Assembly (NCBI GenBank): GCA_000002445.1
Contig: CM000208.1
Location: 768,001 to 832,000 of the forward strand
Reading direction: 5' to 3'
From: Trypanosoma brucei
Lineage: Eukaryota
DNA: 64,000 bases
This document shows, piece by piece, positions 10,750-21,474 of the stretch. A program made the position numbers and the translations under genes. Under the pieces are notes generated by a model that saw only the letters and a list, made by a program, of their open reading frames with translations, was not told where the DNA came from and made no database searches. Every line of letters starts with the position of its first letter. Within the stretch, counting starts at the first letter, position 1.

Positions 10750-13700
10750 ATGTATGCAATGCCCGGTAATAGTGGTGATCTACAGTGTGATGATGGTAAG
10801 AAAAGACATATACCGCCATTGTCACTGTTGCTGTCGGGCTACGGGAGCAGTGAAGGCAGGGAACTGGACACATCGTATACACCAAAGCAGTGGCTGTGGT
10901 TCCTCTATGTGACATCATGGGCTCGACCGTTTTTTACTTATGCATCATCTGGTGGTGCGTCCGAAGCGACGGAGGGCAGCAGTGATAACAGAAGTGGGAG
11001 CGCATATTGGGGCAGGTTATCATTTGACGAGCTGTTGAAGTTGTCGGGGTCCCCCATTCCTCCCGCCATGGTGTCGCTTTGGATGGGGCTTTGCATGCCG
11101 ACAGATGACGTCGTGCAAGAGCTGCGAATAATGACGGAGGGGAAGGCAGAAGGTCGGCAGCGCATATATCCTTTCCTGCCTCGTGTTGCAGAGTCAACAT
11201 TTGGTCGTGCTCTGCGATCGTTGGCCGTGCGACAGCATATATCCTCCTGGATGCCTTCTCATGCCGGTGACGTGTGTGCCGCCCTTGACGTTCTGGTGCG
11301 AGACACACTTGAAGTTATTCAGAACTCTGCCGATGTGCGGAAGACTGCGAGAGTACGGTGTGAGGAAAGAGATGCGTCAGGGGAGGAAGCACTTGAGGGG
11401 GCTTTCCGGAGCATGCTTTCTGCATCTACTACCGCACCGAAGGTGGTGGAAGCGACAACTTACCGTCCTCTGTTCGATGTGAAGGCATCCATACCCGAGG
11501 GTGGAACTGCGCAAGTCCTTATCAGGGTGGCTAATGCTGCACGTTTGTTTGCCGCCCTTTCGGTGGAGGCATTTGGTCGTGTCAAATCTGAATGCGCCGT
11601 CCTACTTCTTGCTCATATCAATCAGCGCGATGCACCAGAGCATGTGGATGCCCGTGCGTACGGTGTGGTGACTGGCGTTGTGGAGTATGCTATGGCTTAT
11701 CGGTATTGCAGGGATGATGGTACGGGACGGTGCCCACTGACGTGCGCTGCTTTGCTGTTGCATCGTCTCGTTGAGCTGCAGGGAATTGTGGAAAAGGATA
11801 CTGCTGCTGGTGACAGGTGTATGGGGATGGCTGTATCAGCTTCTCGGTTCGCAAACATGACTGTGGCGTGTATACAGGAACTGCTCTTCTGTGTGGTGGC
11901 AGGTGATACAGTAAGGTGGCACAGGGAACACCAGCCCGATGGTGTCTCTGTCTGTCCCACCGCTGCACGTACCTTAACGCTGCATGAAACAGATTGTCTA
12001 CTACAAGTCTTCATCCCGGCACTGCTCCAGCAGGTGGGGTTTGAGTGGCCCTGGTCAGAGTCACTCCGGCATGCCAAGATGCTTGATCGGGCACGAACGC
12101 AACATATTGTGATGGAAGATGGTGTCAGGTTGGATAGCCGATCGGTGTTTGAGGAGCTTTTGGTCTCAGTTGCGCGACGAACGTACGGACTGCGCCTTCG
12201 AGCCATTCTCCCTCAGAGCTTCGACGTCATTGCGGAAAATATTTTTGTTTCGATCCACGATGTGCCGAATGAGGGTAAAAGCAGTGGAGGGAATCCTGAG
12301 AAGGTGGCTGATAATTCGTCTTCTCGCTTCGCACTACCTCTGTATTACCGTACTGCCGGTGAGGTCTTGCTAGAATATTTTGATCGCTGCGGTCCAAGTG
12401 GAATAACAGCGGAGGAAACAGAGCGGGTGTTGAGACGGGCCACCGATGTGCAGCCTATGGTTGTGCAATTGCAGGCACTGGGAGGGGACACAAACGGTGG
12501 CATTACTGATTGTGTCAGCTACTGTGGTGAGCTTTCTCGCACAGTATATTTTTCCGCGCGTGAGAAGGAGCGTTTACTGCAGAGGTACCGCTGTGAAGTG
12601 CTGCTGGCCTCCCTCGTGGTGTACACGCAACTGAGAACGGTGAGTGTCGTGCAACAGCTCACGCGGCAACTCGCCCCATTGTTTGAGCAGCTGCTTCTGC
12701 CGCTTGCGCATGAGCGTACCCTCAGTCGTTGTCCTGTGATTGCATCCAGGAAGGGGGACGGGGTTGATGACAACGGCACACCGTTGGTGGACTTAACACC
12801 GGAATTCAAGATGCTGGTAGACGAAATTCATTATGAGTTCTACCCTCTGGAATGGGTACCCGAAGCCGTTGATGCCCATATTCGGCAAGAGTGTGGTGTC
12901 CGGGAAAAAGAAGGAGCACCGTACCACGAAGGCGGGAATGGTCCCCCCTGTTTTGCCCAATACTCTCTATTTGCAGCTATTGCTCATCAGTTTGGCCTCG
13001 TTCTGGAGGGGAACCCGCGTGGATTCCGTGGTGGCGACGGCAGCAGCAGTGAAGTACGCACGAAGGCATACCGTTTCTTCACACTGATGTTGCTCAACAA
13101 TCTCGGGGATGCAGTATCTTCCTCATGTGAGTTAGATGGGGCTGCAGCGCTGGCCGCAACGCGGCGTGTTAAGGATTGTCAGGACGGTAGCGAAAATTGT
13201 AAACAACGGCAAGCGGCTGTGAGGCAACGCGGCGGCGCATCGTTTCACAGTGTGGTGAGCGCGTGCGATGTTGTGGTTACTATGACACAGTGCTTACTTC
13301 CCGCACACTTATCATCACACCCACGTATGGCAACCACTGGTTCTATGAGCAACGAGTGGATGCGCCGGGTTGGGGAGTGGACACGATCGGCGTACTCGAA
13401 GTACACCGCGTATCAGCAGCAGGTGCATGGTTTGGATCTTCCTGTGCCGCTCATCTCTCTCTATAATAGTCTCACCTTTGACTCCGTTCCCCTTGCTCGT
13501 GAAACCATCCGCGCCGTACGGAGCCGCCTCCTTGAGAAGATGAGTGTGGTGACTGCGTCGCCGCCAGGGGATGTAGAAACTGCGGGTAAACAGCTCCTGG
13601 AGCAGCACCTTTCCAGCCTAACCGTAACACTCACAGCTGTTGGGCTTCTGCCGCTCTGTGTGCGTGGGGGAAGCCATGTACCCTGCGCAACTCAACTATT

Positions 13701-13764
13701 GTGGGCATCCCCATTTTTCTCCCACGAACTGCTGCACTGCGGTCGATACGAAGTAAGTGTATAG
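10750..13764 (+). CDS. Large hypothetical protein (about 1,000 aa).
   Basis: Long ORF with protein-like composition throughout. The track start 10609 is a GTG, so I use the first in-frame ATG at 10750 (MYAMPGNSGD...). No recognisable domain. Confidence 0.55.
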   Translation: MYAMPGNSGDLQCDDGKKRHIPPLSLLLSGYGSSEGRELDTSYTPKQWLWFLYVTSWARPFFTYASSGGASEATEGSSDNRSGSAYWGRLSFDELLKLSGSPIPPAMVSLWMGLCMPTDDVVQELRIMTEGKAEGRQRIYPFLPRVAESTFGRALRSLAVRQHISSWMPSHAGDVCAALDVLVRDTLEVIQNSADVRKTARVRCEERDASGEEALEGAFRSMLSASTTAPKVVEATTYRPLFDVKASIPEGGTAQVLIRVANAARLFAALSVEAFGRVKSECAVLLLAHINQRDAPEHVDARAYGVVTGVVEYAMAYRYCRDDGTGRCPLTCAALLLHRLVELQGIVEKDTAAGDRCMGMAVSASRFANMTVACIQELLFCVVAGDTVRWHREHQPDGVSVCPTAARTLTLHETDCLLQVFIPALLQQVGFEWPWSESLRHAKMLDRARTQHIVMEDGVRLDSRSVFEELLVSVARRTYGLRLRAILPQSFDVIAENIFVSIHDVPNEGKSSGGNPEKVADNSSSRFALPLYYRTAGEVLLEYFDRCGPSGITAEETERVLRRATDVQPMVVQLQALGGDTNGGITDCVSYCGELSRTVYFSAREKERLLQRYRCEVLLASLVVYTQLRTVSVVQQLTRQLAPLFEQLLLPLAHERTLSRCPVIASRKGDGVDDNGTPLVDLTPEFKMLVDEIHYEFYPLEWVPEAVDAHIRQECGVREKEGAPYHEGGNGPPCFAQYSLFAAIAHQFGLVLEGNPRGFRGGDGSSSEVRTKAYRFFTLMLLNNLGDAVSSSCELDGAAALAATRRVKDCQDGSENCKQRQAAVRQRGGASFHSVVSACDVVVTMTQCLLPAHLSSHPRMATTGSMSNEWMRRVGEWTRSAYSKYTAYQQQVHGLDLPVPLISLYNSLTFDSVPLARETIRAVRSRLLEKMSVVTASPPGDVETAGKQLLEQHLSSLTVTLTAVGLLPLCVRGGSHVPCATQLLWASPFFSHELLHCGRYEVSV

Positions 13765-14121
13765 GAAACACTCCGGAAAGCTTTGCCCGAAGAAACGCTG
13801 TCGTTGCTTTGCTGCTTCTTTAATGAGGGGGTTTACCTGTACAGATCACCTCTCCAGTGGTTCCCTTGCTTCTTTCGTATGCGATTTTGTTGGTGTCGGA
13901 GGTGACGCTCCTGTAATTGTAAACATTTTATTTATCATCATCACCACCCAATGCTGAAATGGTTGCGAGGTAAATTCTACTTACACACCCCTAACCAAAT
14001 TTGCTCCGCTCCACACCCTACCAATAAATGTACGCATATACCCTTTGATCCGTAGCACCAGGCAAGTGATATAGCAGTAAAGTACCTGGATTTCTTTACA
14101 GACGCTTTCTGATCCATTACC

Positions 14122-16479
14122 ATGAACAGTTTCGTGTCTCATTCCTCTCCTCCCCTTTCCGCTGGAATAAATGAGATGTCACTGGCGGAATTGCGGTTAG
14201 GTATTCACGAATTCCTTCGGTCAAGCGGAGCTTTGGGTTCTCTCAAAACACAACTACGTGGTGTCATTACATCAGAGTTGTTAAAGCGGAGACGGACAAA
14301 GGATATTACCGCCGGTGAATGCAACAGTCGGGAGCTGGACGCGGGGGCTGATGTTAGTAATAAGGATGGAGAAGGCGAAAGCGCATGGATACAGCGTCTC
14401 GCCGATGCTATAGTGGAGCAGCATCTGCGGCAAACGGGGCGTGCCTTTTCGTTGGCGATTTTCAGTAGTGAGGCAGATGTAAGCTTCAGAGCAACTGGGG
14501 ACGATGCCCTCGCAGTACTCCTCCATCTTGACAACCCCGTATTGACTACGGCGGGTTGGCGTGCGGGACCGGACTCGACTCCTGCCAATGCGAAGGTTGC
14601 ACATCACCGGAGTAGCAGTTTTTTACAGATTCTTACAGCTGCACACTTGAGGCATGTGGGTGATAGTCGAGGACAGCGACCTAGATACGCTGTCGGTACT
14701 CAAACTGATAGTGACTTTGGTAGTGAGTTTTCGGGGGAATCCGCGAAGCCACCGGTTGAGGTTCGCCTTGCAGCTGTGGATGCAAAGTATGCTCTTTGCT
14801 TCGCCCGTATGGAACATTCGACACGCGAGGAACTGGACCGGCACATGGAAACTTACAGAGAGGAATTGAAGCTGCAGATGGAACAAACATACCAGCAGCG
14901 GCTTCGTGCTTTCGAGCAGCAAAAGCTTTTGGAGGTGCGGCGGGAGGCGGAAGAGCATTTCAGACTACTACTTCAACACAAGATGGAGGAGCAACGGGAA
15001 ATAGAAAGGCTAAGTGCTCAACGTGTGGAGGCTGAACGCGTCCGGCTCTCGCAGGCACGTGAAGATATACAACTACAGCGTGTTGAATTGGAGCGACGGC
15101 AGCGTGAAATACAGCTCCTGTTGGACGAGCGTGATAAGGCGACGGTCGAGATGGAAGGCCGCTTGCACGACGCGAAGCAGCAAATACGCGTCTTAACATC
15201 ACAACTGCAACAGTTTGAGGAGCTCTGTGCCTCCCGACTCGCTGAGGCTGAAGCAGCACGTGACCGTGAGATGCGGCGGGTGGGAGATATTCGGCGGCTT
15301 CAAGCAGAGCATGTGGCAGAGTTACAACTAAAGGATGAGGAAATTTGTCGTTTGCGTTTCCGACTTAAATCACTGGCAGCTTCCAACACCGGCGGCAGTT
15401 GGCATCACAACGCCCTGAACACCACGGAGAATGGGGTTATTATGGTGCACGAAGTTCCCTCAGGAGCGACCCGACAACATAAGCAAGGAAGCCGACAGCA
15501 GGCGTCCCATGAAGCAACGTACCTTGCGTCAACACCTGTTCCGCGTGAGGCAGCATGGCAGTCCATTTGGCACTCAACTGATGTTGTGGGACCCACAGAA
15601 GTCGTAACAGCACCGTGGAGGGGGGAAGAGGGAGTAGTTGAACGGCGCTCACATTTGGTGGATCCTTCCTTGCATTCCAGTGATGTTCACCGGCAGGGAA
15701 AGCGTGGTAGTAGGGACACTAACGATGCGGCCATCGAAAGTCAAGAAAGGAGCATGAGCATTCAACCTCGAAGAGCCGCAACCACGGAAAGTGGCAGCAC
15801 TGTAACCACCACTAGCTCCAGAGTGGGGTCTCGCGTGCTTCTTGCTGATGCTGCTGTCGCCAAGTCAGCACACGAATCTGCAACTGCGGAAAAGCAGGAA
15901 ACTCCGGTGCCGCAGGAGTGCGGATCTTCAGAGAGATCAGGCCGGGCAGGAAATGATGAGAAGGATGAGGTGGCGCATAGCAAGAGCTCGTCAGGCAGCA
16001 CCAAGGTGACCAGGAGCAACACAACGGGAGAAATTAACGGTGAAGTGGACCGTTCGCACCCACCTGTCGTGCAGGGGTCGCACTCGGAGGGTCCCCTCTC
16101 CCTTAATGCATCTGAGGGCAATACCGCCATTGCTTCCTCTTCCAAAATGTCATCTGTGCGTTCACACAAGAGCCAGTCTGTCACAACGCCACGTGCAGCC
16201 GCGTCCCACGCGCTAAGTGATTTGGTGGGACGAATTAACGCTGAGGAGGAGGACAAACGGAAAGAAATTGAGAAAGAGGAAGAGACGAACCGAGGTGGCA
16301 TTAAGTGGGCCGCCACCTCTCAGCACAACTTGCTGGTGCAACGCCAAACAGCGATGGAAGAGTTTTCTGGGCGTGAGGAGAGTAATGTGGTTTTGTTGGA
16401 CCGCACGACCATATCCGATGATGGCAGTGAGGATGATATTTTATATCGAAAAGGAGATGACAGTGATGACTCCATATGA
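14122..16479 (+). CDS. Hypothetical coiled-coil protein with a Ser-rich C-terminal half.
   Basis: ATG start. Residues of roughly 230-420 form a long heptad-like E/R/Q/L-rich stretch (LKLQMEQTYQQRLRAFEQQKLLEVRREAEE...). The C-terminal 300 residues are S/T/E-rich and low-complexity, ending in an acidic 'DDSDDS' tail. Confidence 0.6.
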   Translation: MNSFVSHSSPPLSAGINEMSLAELRLGIHEFLRSSGALGSLKTQLRGVITSELLKRRRTKDITAGECNSRELDAGADVSNKDGEGESAWIQRLADAIVEQHLRQTGRAFSLAIFSSEADVSFRATGDDALAVLLHLDNPVLTTAGWRAGPDSTPANAKVAHHRSSSFLQILTAAHLRHVGDSRGQRPRYAVGTQTDSDFGSEFSGESAKPPVEVRLAAVDAKYALCFARMEHSTREELDRHMETYREELKLQMEQTYQQRLRAFEQQKLLEVRREAEEHFRLLLQHKMEEQREIERLSAQRVEAERVRLSQAREDIQLQRVELERRQREIQLLLDERDKATVEMEGRLHDAKQQIRVLTSQLQQFEELCASRLAEAEAARDREMRRVGDIRRLQAEHVAELQLKDEEICRLRFRLKSLAASNTGGSWHHNALNTTENGVIMVHEVPSGATRQHKQGSRQQASHEATYLASTPVPREAAWQSIWHSTDVVGPTEVVTAPWRGEEGVVERRSHLVDPSLHSSDVHRQGKRGSRDTNDAAIESQERSMSIQPRRAATTESGSTVTTTSSRVGSRVLLADAAVAKSAHESATAEKQETPVPQECGSSERSGRAGNDEKDEVAHSKSSSGSTKVTRSNTTGEINGEVDRSHPPVVQGSHSEGPLSLNASEGNTAIASSSKMSSVRSHKSQSVTTPRAAASHALSDLVGRINAEEEDKRKEIEKEEETNRGGIKWAATSQHNLLVQRQTAMEEFSGREESNVVLLDRTTISDDGSEDDILYRKGDDSDDSI

Positions 16480-17440
16480 TCTATAGAAATGAGATTTTGT
16501 TGCTACATTATCTGATGTTCGGAAGCGAACGTTTCACGACCGCCCGCTCTCTTGAGCAACCGATAAGGTGGTGGTGTGTTTGGGGGGTACCCTCGGTGCT
16601 GCCTCCAGAAACTCGATTGAAGACCCCCCCCCCTACCCGCCATATCATCTCAATCACCTAGTGAAGCATTGAAGATACTGTCGGAAGACTCGCCTTTAAG
16701 TTACACGTAGCTTCCAATACTGATGAGTGACGTTTCTTCTGCGAGTAACCTTGCTGTCTCCTCTATTAATCTTCATGCCTACTGTTGTTGGGGTTGGTTG
16801 CCACCGTATAGACGGGCACTGGTGTCTTTGTCCACTAACTGTGGTAGAGTGCGTGGTGTGTCGTACTACACCTTTACATGGCAGCTGCCACACCGACACA
16901 AGCGAAGTTGTTGTGTGTAATACATAAAGCGACGGTGGTTTGCATGTGTTTGGTCCTTTCACATCAATGAAACGGGTAAGAGTGACACATCCGGCACATT
17001 GTGAGCGAGGTCGTGAGAGTGGGAACCGTTTCCCGGTTATGTCAACCGATACGCGCAAGCGGAAACAAAAAAAAATACGGGTGTCGAGGTGAAGGGGCGC
17101 GTAGGTAAATGATGTTGGGCCTTTTGCAATCTCAAGCTAGTGACCGAAAAACTATTTTACTGACTGATGTGCTAGTTTATAATAGATGCTTCCACCCTAC
17201 TGAGGTGTGTCACGTTGTTGGTGGGGGTCACACGCGTCTGTGCAATTCCCTTCCTCCTTCCCCCCACTATTTGCCCGTTTCTCGCTTACGGTAGGTCACC
17301 GTCATACACTAAGGTTCATCTCTATTTTATCTCTTTCCCCTATTCATCCTGCTTTGCGTGTACGTGGTGTGGCGGCAGCGAAGCGGTGGCGGCAGCTGAC
17401 TGCGGCCTCCATCAAGTTTGAAAAATTAACCACACGAATA

Positions 17441-20400
17441 ATGCCATTACCATCCACGCTACCTTCACCAGCACCTCCCTCACCACCAGTAGCGACATCA
17501 AAACTTGATCTTGACATCAACGGGCTTCAGAAGATTTTGCAGCAGATCGACGAATCGTTTCATGCTAGTGACGACGACGTAGACCGCAGACTGCGGCTTC
17601 AGCATCTGGAACGGCAGCAGGTGGCACTGCAACAACTCTGTGACGCGGCGCTACAGCAGCAAGACGGTCAAGCAGTCCCTCCGGCATTGGATAATAGCAC
17701 GGATGTACGACCCATCACCTACAAGGTTCTTGATACCGATGTTGTCTCAACACCGCGGTCCATAGATGCATTTAATCCCTCTCACAACACCCGAGAGACA
17801 CTCCAGTCCATTGCACGCAAGACTGAAACCTGTCTACGTTCTCCTCATGCCCCCTTGGTCGCGCCACCTCGGTTGCTTTCTCCGTCACGAGTCACATCGA
17901 TGCCTCACATGGGGGCGGGCACCACCGCCCAGGGAGAAGTAAAAACTCCAGACCATGCTGGCGTAGCAACCGCGAAGATATTTCCCCTTCGGTCACCTGA
18001 GTTGCCACCAACATATCATGACGGTGCCGCAGTTCAGGAAGACCGTGATCTTGTTGAATCATTCCTCGGTGATGGGCGGGCCAAAGCGCAACACCCGTAC
18101 GCTGTGGAAGAAGGCGGTGTCCATAGGGTGCGGGGGTCGACAGGTGGATGGCAGCAGCGTGGGATTCATACCCTGCGAGGTGTGCGTTCTTGTCGTCTTA
18201 TGGCTCCTCGGATGTCATCCGGGACCGACCGCACTGCCTCGCCGGAGCACTTTGACATTGGTGAGGATGAGAAGTTAATCCGGCAGCTTATTGGAAGGAA
18301 TGAGACACGTGTCAAGGGGTCCACAAACAGGAATAATCACTGCTTTCAAACGGCTCCCACGAAAGGGGAGAATGTTGCCGCCCATTCGTGTGGTACCGAG
18401 GGCCAAATACACAGACATTCCACAGTGCCATCTGCTAGTGGGAGGCAACCTGCCCAAGGCGATGCCCACCCTACTAGCACAAGCATGGCTCACAACCCAC
18501 ATAAGGAGGATTGTGCTGCGAGAAATGGACACTGGGTGCGGGGCAAAAGTGTTAAGGAGCTAACGCAGAAAATGGAGTGCCTGGCGCGACACCTCGTTAA
18601 GTGCATGCGGGACCGGCTTCAGTTGCAGTACCGTGTTGACCGCCTTGAGGGAATGCTAGATGTTGCTAACACAGAGGTTGGGAGACTGAGGAGAACTCTG
18701 GAGCAAAGGGAGGAGGGTACATTGACGGAGTCTGCGTGGCGAGCGACCATAAATGCGAAGGAGCGCGAATTACGGGTTTGTGAAGATGAAATCCGACGTC
18801 TTCGTATCCTCGTGGAGCAGCAGGTGACACGGCAGGGATGCGGCCTGGCACGTCAGAATGAGGCTGCGGCACTGCAGCAAGCGAAGGCCGATCTGGAGTG
18901 TATGATGCAGGAGCTCGGTGTTGCACATATGCGTCGGAGGGAAATGGAAGAGGAGTTTGAGCGCACAAAGCAAGCGCTCGATGCAGCAGAGTCACACATA
19001 CAAATGCTAGACAAACGACTGGCGCAAGCGGAACGAGCTGCTGCACTGGCGCGAGTGTGGGACGTTAGTGGTGACCTGAATGTACAAGTGGGTGATGTTC
19101 CTTCTGCCCCGGCGTCAACCGCACTCCAAAAAGGGCTCCCAGAGGCAAAGTTGAAGCTGCAAGCAAATGTTGGGAACGTAGACAGCTGGACACATGATGC
19201 ACAACGTGAGATCGCTCGGCTCACCGCTCATATTGAAAATCTAGCACTGAAGCACGCAGAAAGTGATCGCCACGCTGAACTGCGATTGTCGAATGCTCGC
19301 AAGGAGAGCGATGTCCTCCGCAGGCAGTGCAATGAACTTAGAGTGGAAGTGAGGTCACACGAGGTGCAGATTGAAACCCTGCGGAGGGACCGTGTTGCGG
19401 TTGGTTTGAGAGAAGGACAACTGAGGCAACAACTCCTGGATCTTCGCGACGATGCCGTTTTACTTGCTGATCTCCTGCAAGCCACCACCAAAAACGCGAA
19501 AGGGATGCTGCAGATACTGGGAACGGATGACGTGGAGCATCGCCAGTCGAAAGCAGCTGTTGAGCGGTTTGTTGCAGGTGTGCTGTGCGACTTCGATGCG
19601 TTGGGGCGTTTCTTTGGAGCATTACAGTGCATAGATATAGGCGAGTCACGGTGTCAGATGGAAGAAAGGGTGTCGGTGTCTGAAGCCACAGCGGCGAGAA
19701 GGGACTTCGTATTGAAGGCTGTAGAAGATGCCATGGAACGTCCTTCGCAGGGATTTGGACCCGCCACGTTGTCCAGCAGCAAGCCGCCGTGTGTTGAAAC
19801 TTTGCAAGCCGCACACGAGTCGCACCGTCCGTCTGTTGCGGCTGACTGCATCCTTGCCACAGGCACGCGCCCACCGGAAGATCGGAAACCGCCAACAACG
19901 TCGTCGACCCCCTCCCCCGCACACCCCGTACTTCGGTGGGTGGCAGATCAAAACATTAGTCTCGAAGGCGTAACAGCACCCGACGAGGGTAACCAACCGC
20001 AGAATGGCGCAAAGATGGCTGAGTCACGTGCCTCGGTTATGGAAGGTTGTACCGGGAGAAATTTGGAACAGCAGAGCAGTAATGACTTTTACGCCTTGTC
20101 TGGCACGAACACCGACACTGAGCCAAAGATATCGTTGTTTCCCACTACCTCATGGCCCTCACCGCAGGGTGCGCGGAGGGGTAGCCCGCCTTCTCGCCTA
20201 TCAGATCAAGCAGAGTCGCACGTGTTGATACAGGATAGCGCCCGCAGCCGCATTTCCACCGGCATTTCATTTCTTTCTAAGGCACCTGACGGTAGCGGCA
20301 CCGTGGCTAGTGAGGGTATTCCTCACCTACAACAACCACTTTCACACTCAATGGTATCGTCACAGAGTCATATGGTGGAGGAAACTAGTGATGAGAGATC

Positions 20401-21112
20401 CTCGGGCCCCATGCTGTCGGTTGTCGCTGCCACCACCCGTCACGTTGATACACTGAGCGCGCAGGCGGTGGCAAATAGGGTGGACGATGTTGATTTAAAG
20501 GGAGTGACACTTGAATTATTGCGAGCTGAGGACAGGACTAGTGTCAAAGTGCACCCCGCCGTAAGCTGGAACACTGGGGCAGAAAACAGTGCCGAGAAGG
20601 ATGGTGTTGGAGGCGAACAAACTGATTTAAACGATGTACCTGTCACTGAGGTCATGCGTCACCTGCAGCCGAGAGATGACAGTCCGGAGAACAGGAAACA
20701 AACACCTCCTCGTCTCATGCCGCACTATGTGGTGACCCACGCATCCAGCACGGCTACTGCAACCCGAGAGGAGCGGTCGGGTGCCCCGGTGGGTAGGCGA
20801 CCAGCGGTTCAACAAGCTGCTGATCCTGCGCCCCTGCGACGGGCAGTGGTGGGAGGAGGGAGAGATGGAAGAGGTAGAGGTAGAGCAGTTGCTTTGGCTG
20901 AACCACAGCGTCCTACCGCTGCGCGACCAGGGGCGGCACTGCTGCCAAGTGTGAATGATGTGGGACCGGAACCACGAAACAATACAGTCACAGCGACAAT
21001 GGTGTCAGGAGAAGCGGGTACCGCACATCGCCATCATCTCCCAGTAGGCACAGAATTCCTGTCCCTGCGGCAACCGGCACTCGCCAATGCCCAGTCTAAA
21101 CCGAAAGACTAA
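17441..21112 (+). CDS. Large hypothetical protein (about 1,220 aa) with a central coiled coil.
   Basis: The track ORF starts at a GTG (17207), so I use the first in-frame ATG at 17441 (MPLPSTLPSPAPPSPP...). It has a Pro/Ser-rich N-terminus and a coiled-coil region at about residues 430-740. Near the C-terminus is an RGG-like 'GGGRDGRGRGRAV' stretch. Confidence 0.55.
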   Translation: MPLPSTLPSPAPPSPPVATSKLDLDINGLQKILQQIDESFHASDDDVDRRLRLQHLERQQVALQQLCDAALQQQDGQAVPPALDNSTDVRPITYKVLDTDVVSTPRSIDAFNPSHNTRETLQSIARKTETCLRSPHAPLVAPPRLLSPSRVTSMPHMGAGTTAQGEVKTPDHAGVATAKIFPLRSPELPPTYHDGAAVQEDRDLVESFLGDGRAKAQHPYAVEEGGVHRVRGSTGGWQQRGIHTLRGVRSCRLMAPRMSSGTDRTASPEHFDIGEDEKLIRQLIGRNETRVKGSTNRNNHCFQTAPTKGENVAAHSCGTEGQIHRHSTVPSASGRQPAQGDAHPTSTSMAHNPHKEDCAARNGHWVRGKSVKELTQKMECLARHLVKCMRDRLQLQYRVDRLEGMLDVANTEVGRLRRTLEQREEGTLTESAWRATINAKERELRVCEDEIRRLRILVEQQVTRQGCGLARQNEAAALQQAKADLECMMQELGVAHMRRREMEEEFERTKQALDAAESHIQMLDKRLAQAERAAALARVWDVSGDLNVQVGDVPSAPASTALQKGLPEAKLKLQANVGNVDSWTHDAQREIARLTAHIENLALKHAESDRHAELRLSNARKESDVLRRQCNELRVEVRSHEVQIETLRRDRVAVGLREGQLRQQLLDLRDDAVLLADLLQATTKNAKGMLQILGTDDVEHRQSKAAVERFVAGVLCDFDALGRFFGALQCIDIGESRCQMEERVSVSEATAARRDFVLKAVEDAMERPSQGFGPATLSSSKPPCVETLQAAHESHRPSVAADCILATGTRPPEDRKPPTTSSTPSPAHPVLRWVADQNISLEGVTAPDEGNQPQNGAKMAESRASVMEGCTGRNLEQQSSNDFYALSGTNTDTEPKISLFPTTSWPSPQGARRGSPPSRLSDQAESHVLIQDSARSRISTGISFLSKAPDGSGTVASEGIPHLQQPLSHSMVSSQSHMVEETSDERSSGPMLSVVAATTRHVDTLSAQAVANRVDDVDLKGVTLELLRAEDRTSVKVHPAVSWNTGAENSAEKDGVGGEQTDLNDVPVTEVMRHLQPRDDSPENRKQTPPRLMPHYVVTHASSTATATREERSGAPVGRRPAVQQAADPAPLRRAVVGGGRDGRGRGRAVALAEPQRPTAARPGAALLPSVNDVGPEPRNNTVTATMVSGEAGTAHRHHLPVGTEFLSLRQPALANAQSKPKD

Positions 21113-21474
21113 AGTAGCCGTGTAGCGCTCGCTGTATTCGGTGTGTTTCCGTGGGCAATGCCATCCGGGTATGTATGGCCAAGAGAATAGAGTTGTTATC
21201 CGGACAGTCACCTATATTTTTATGTTCCGTTTATCATAACACTGTTTTCTGTTATTGCTTGCGTACTCGTTAGTCCGCTGTGTGCGGTCCCTGCAAACCG
21301 TGTACGTGTTGAAGTGGAGCAAGGAAGGGAGCTGGTCTCATTTCCATGCGGCACGGCGGGCGAAACAGAGTTTATTCCACTGCTACCATCTGTGTTTTTT
21401 CTTCATGTATTCAAATTCTTGTTCTTTAAAGGTGAGACCTTCGCAGTGGCAGCTGGCTGTGCAAGGCGCACTCC

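Noticed and set aside
19338-19922. Long minus-strand ORFs (for example 19338-19922, 18853-19224, 48862-49527, 51375-51935, 112-687) opposite the large + strand genes.
   Set aside because: These are shadow ORFs antisense to strongly supported coding regions. Kinetoplastid polycistrons are single-stranded, and their translations are low-complexity S/R/C-rich.
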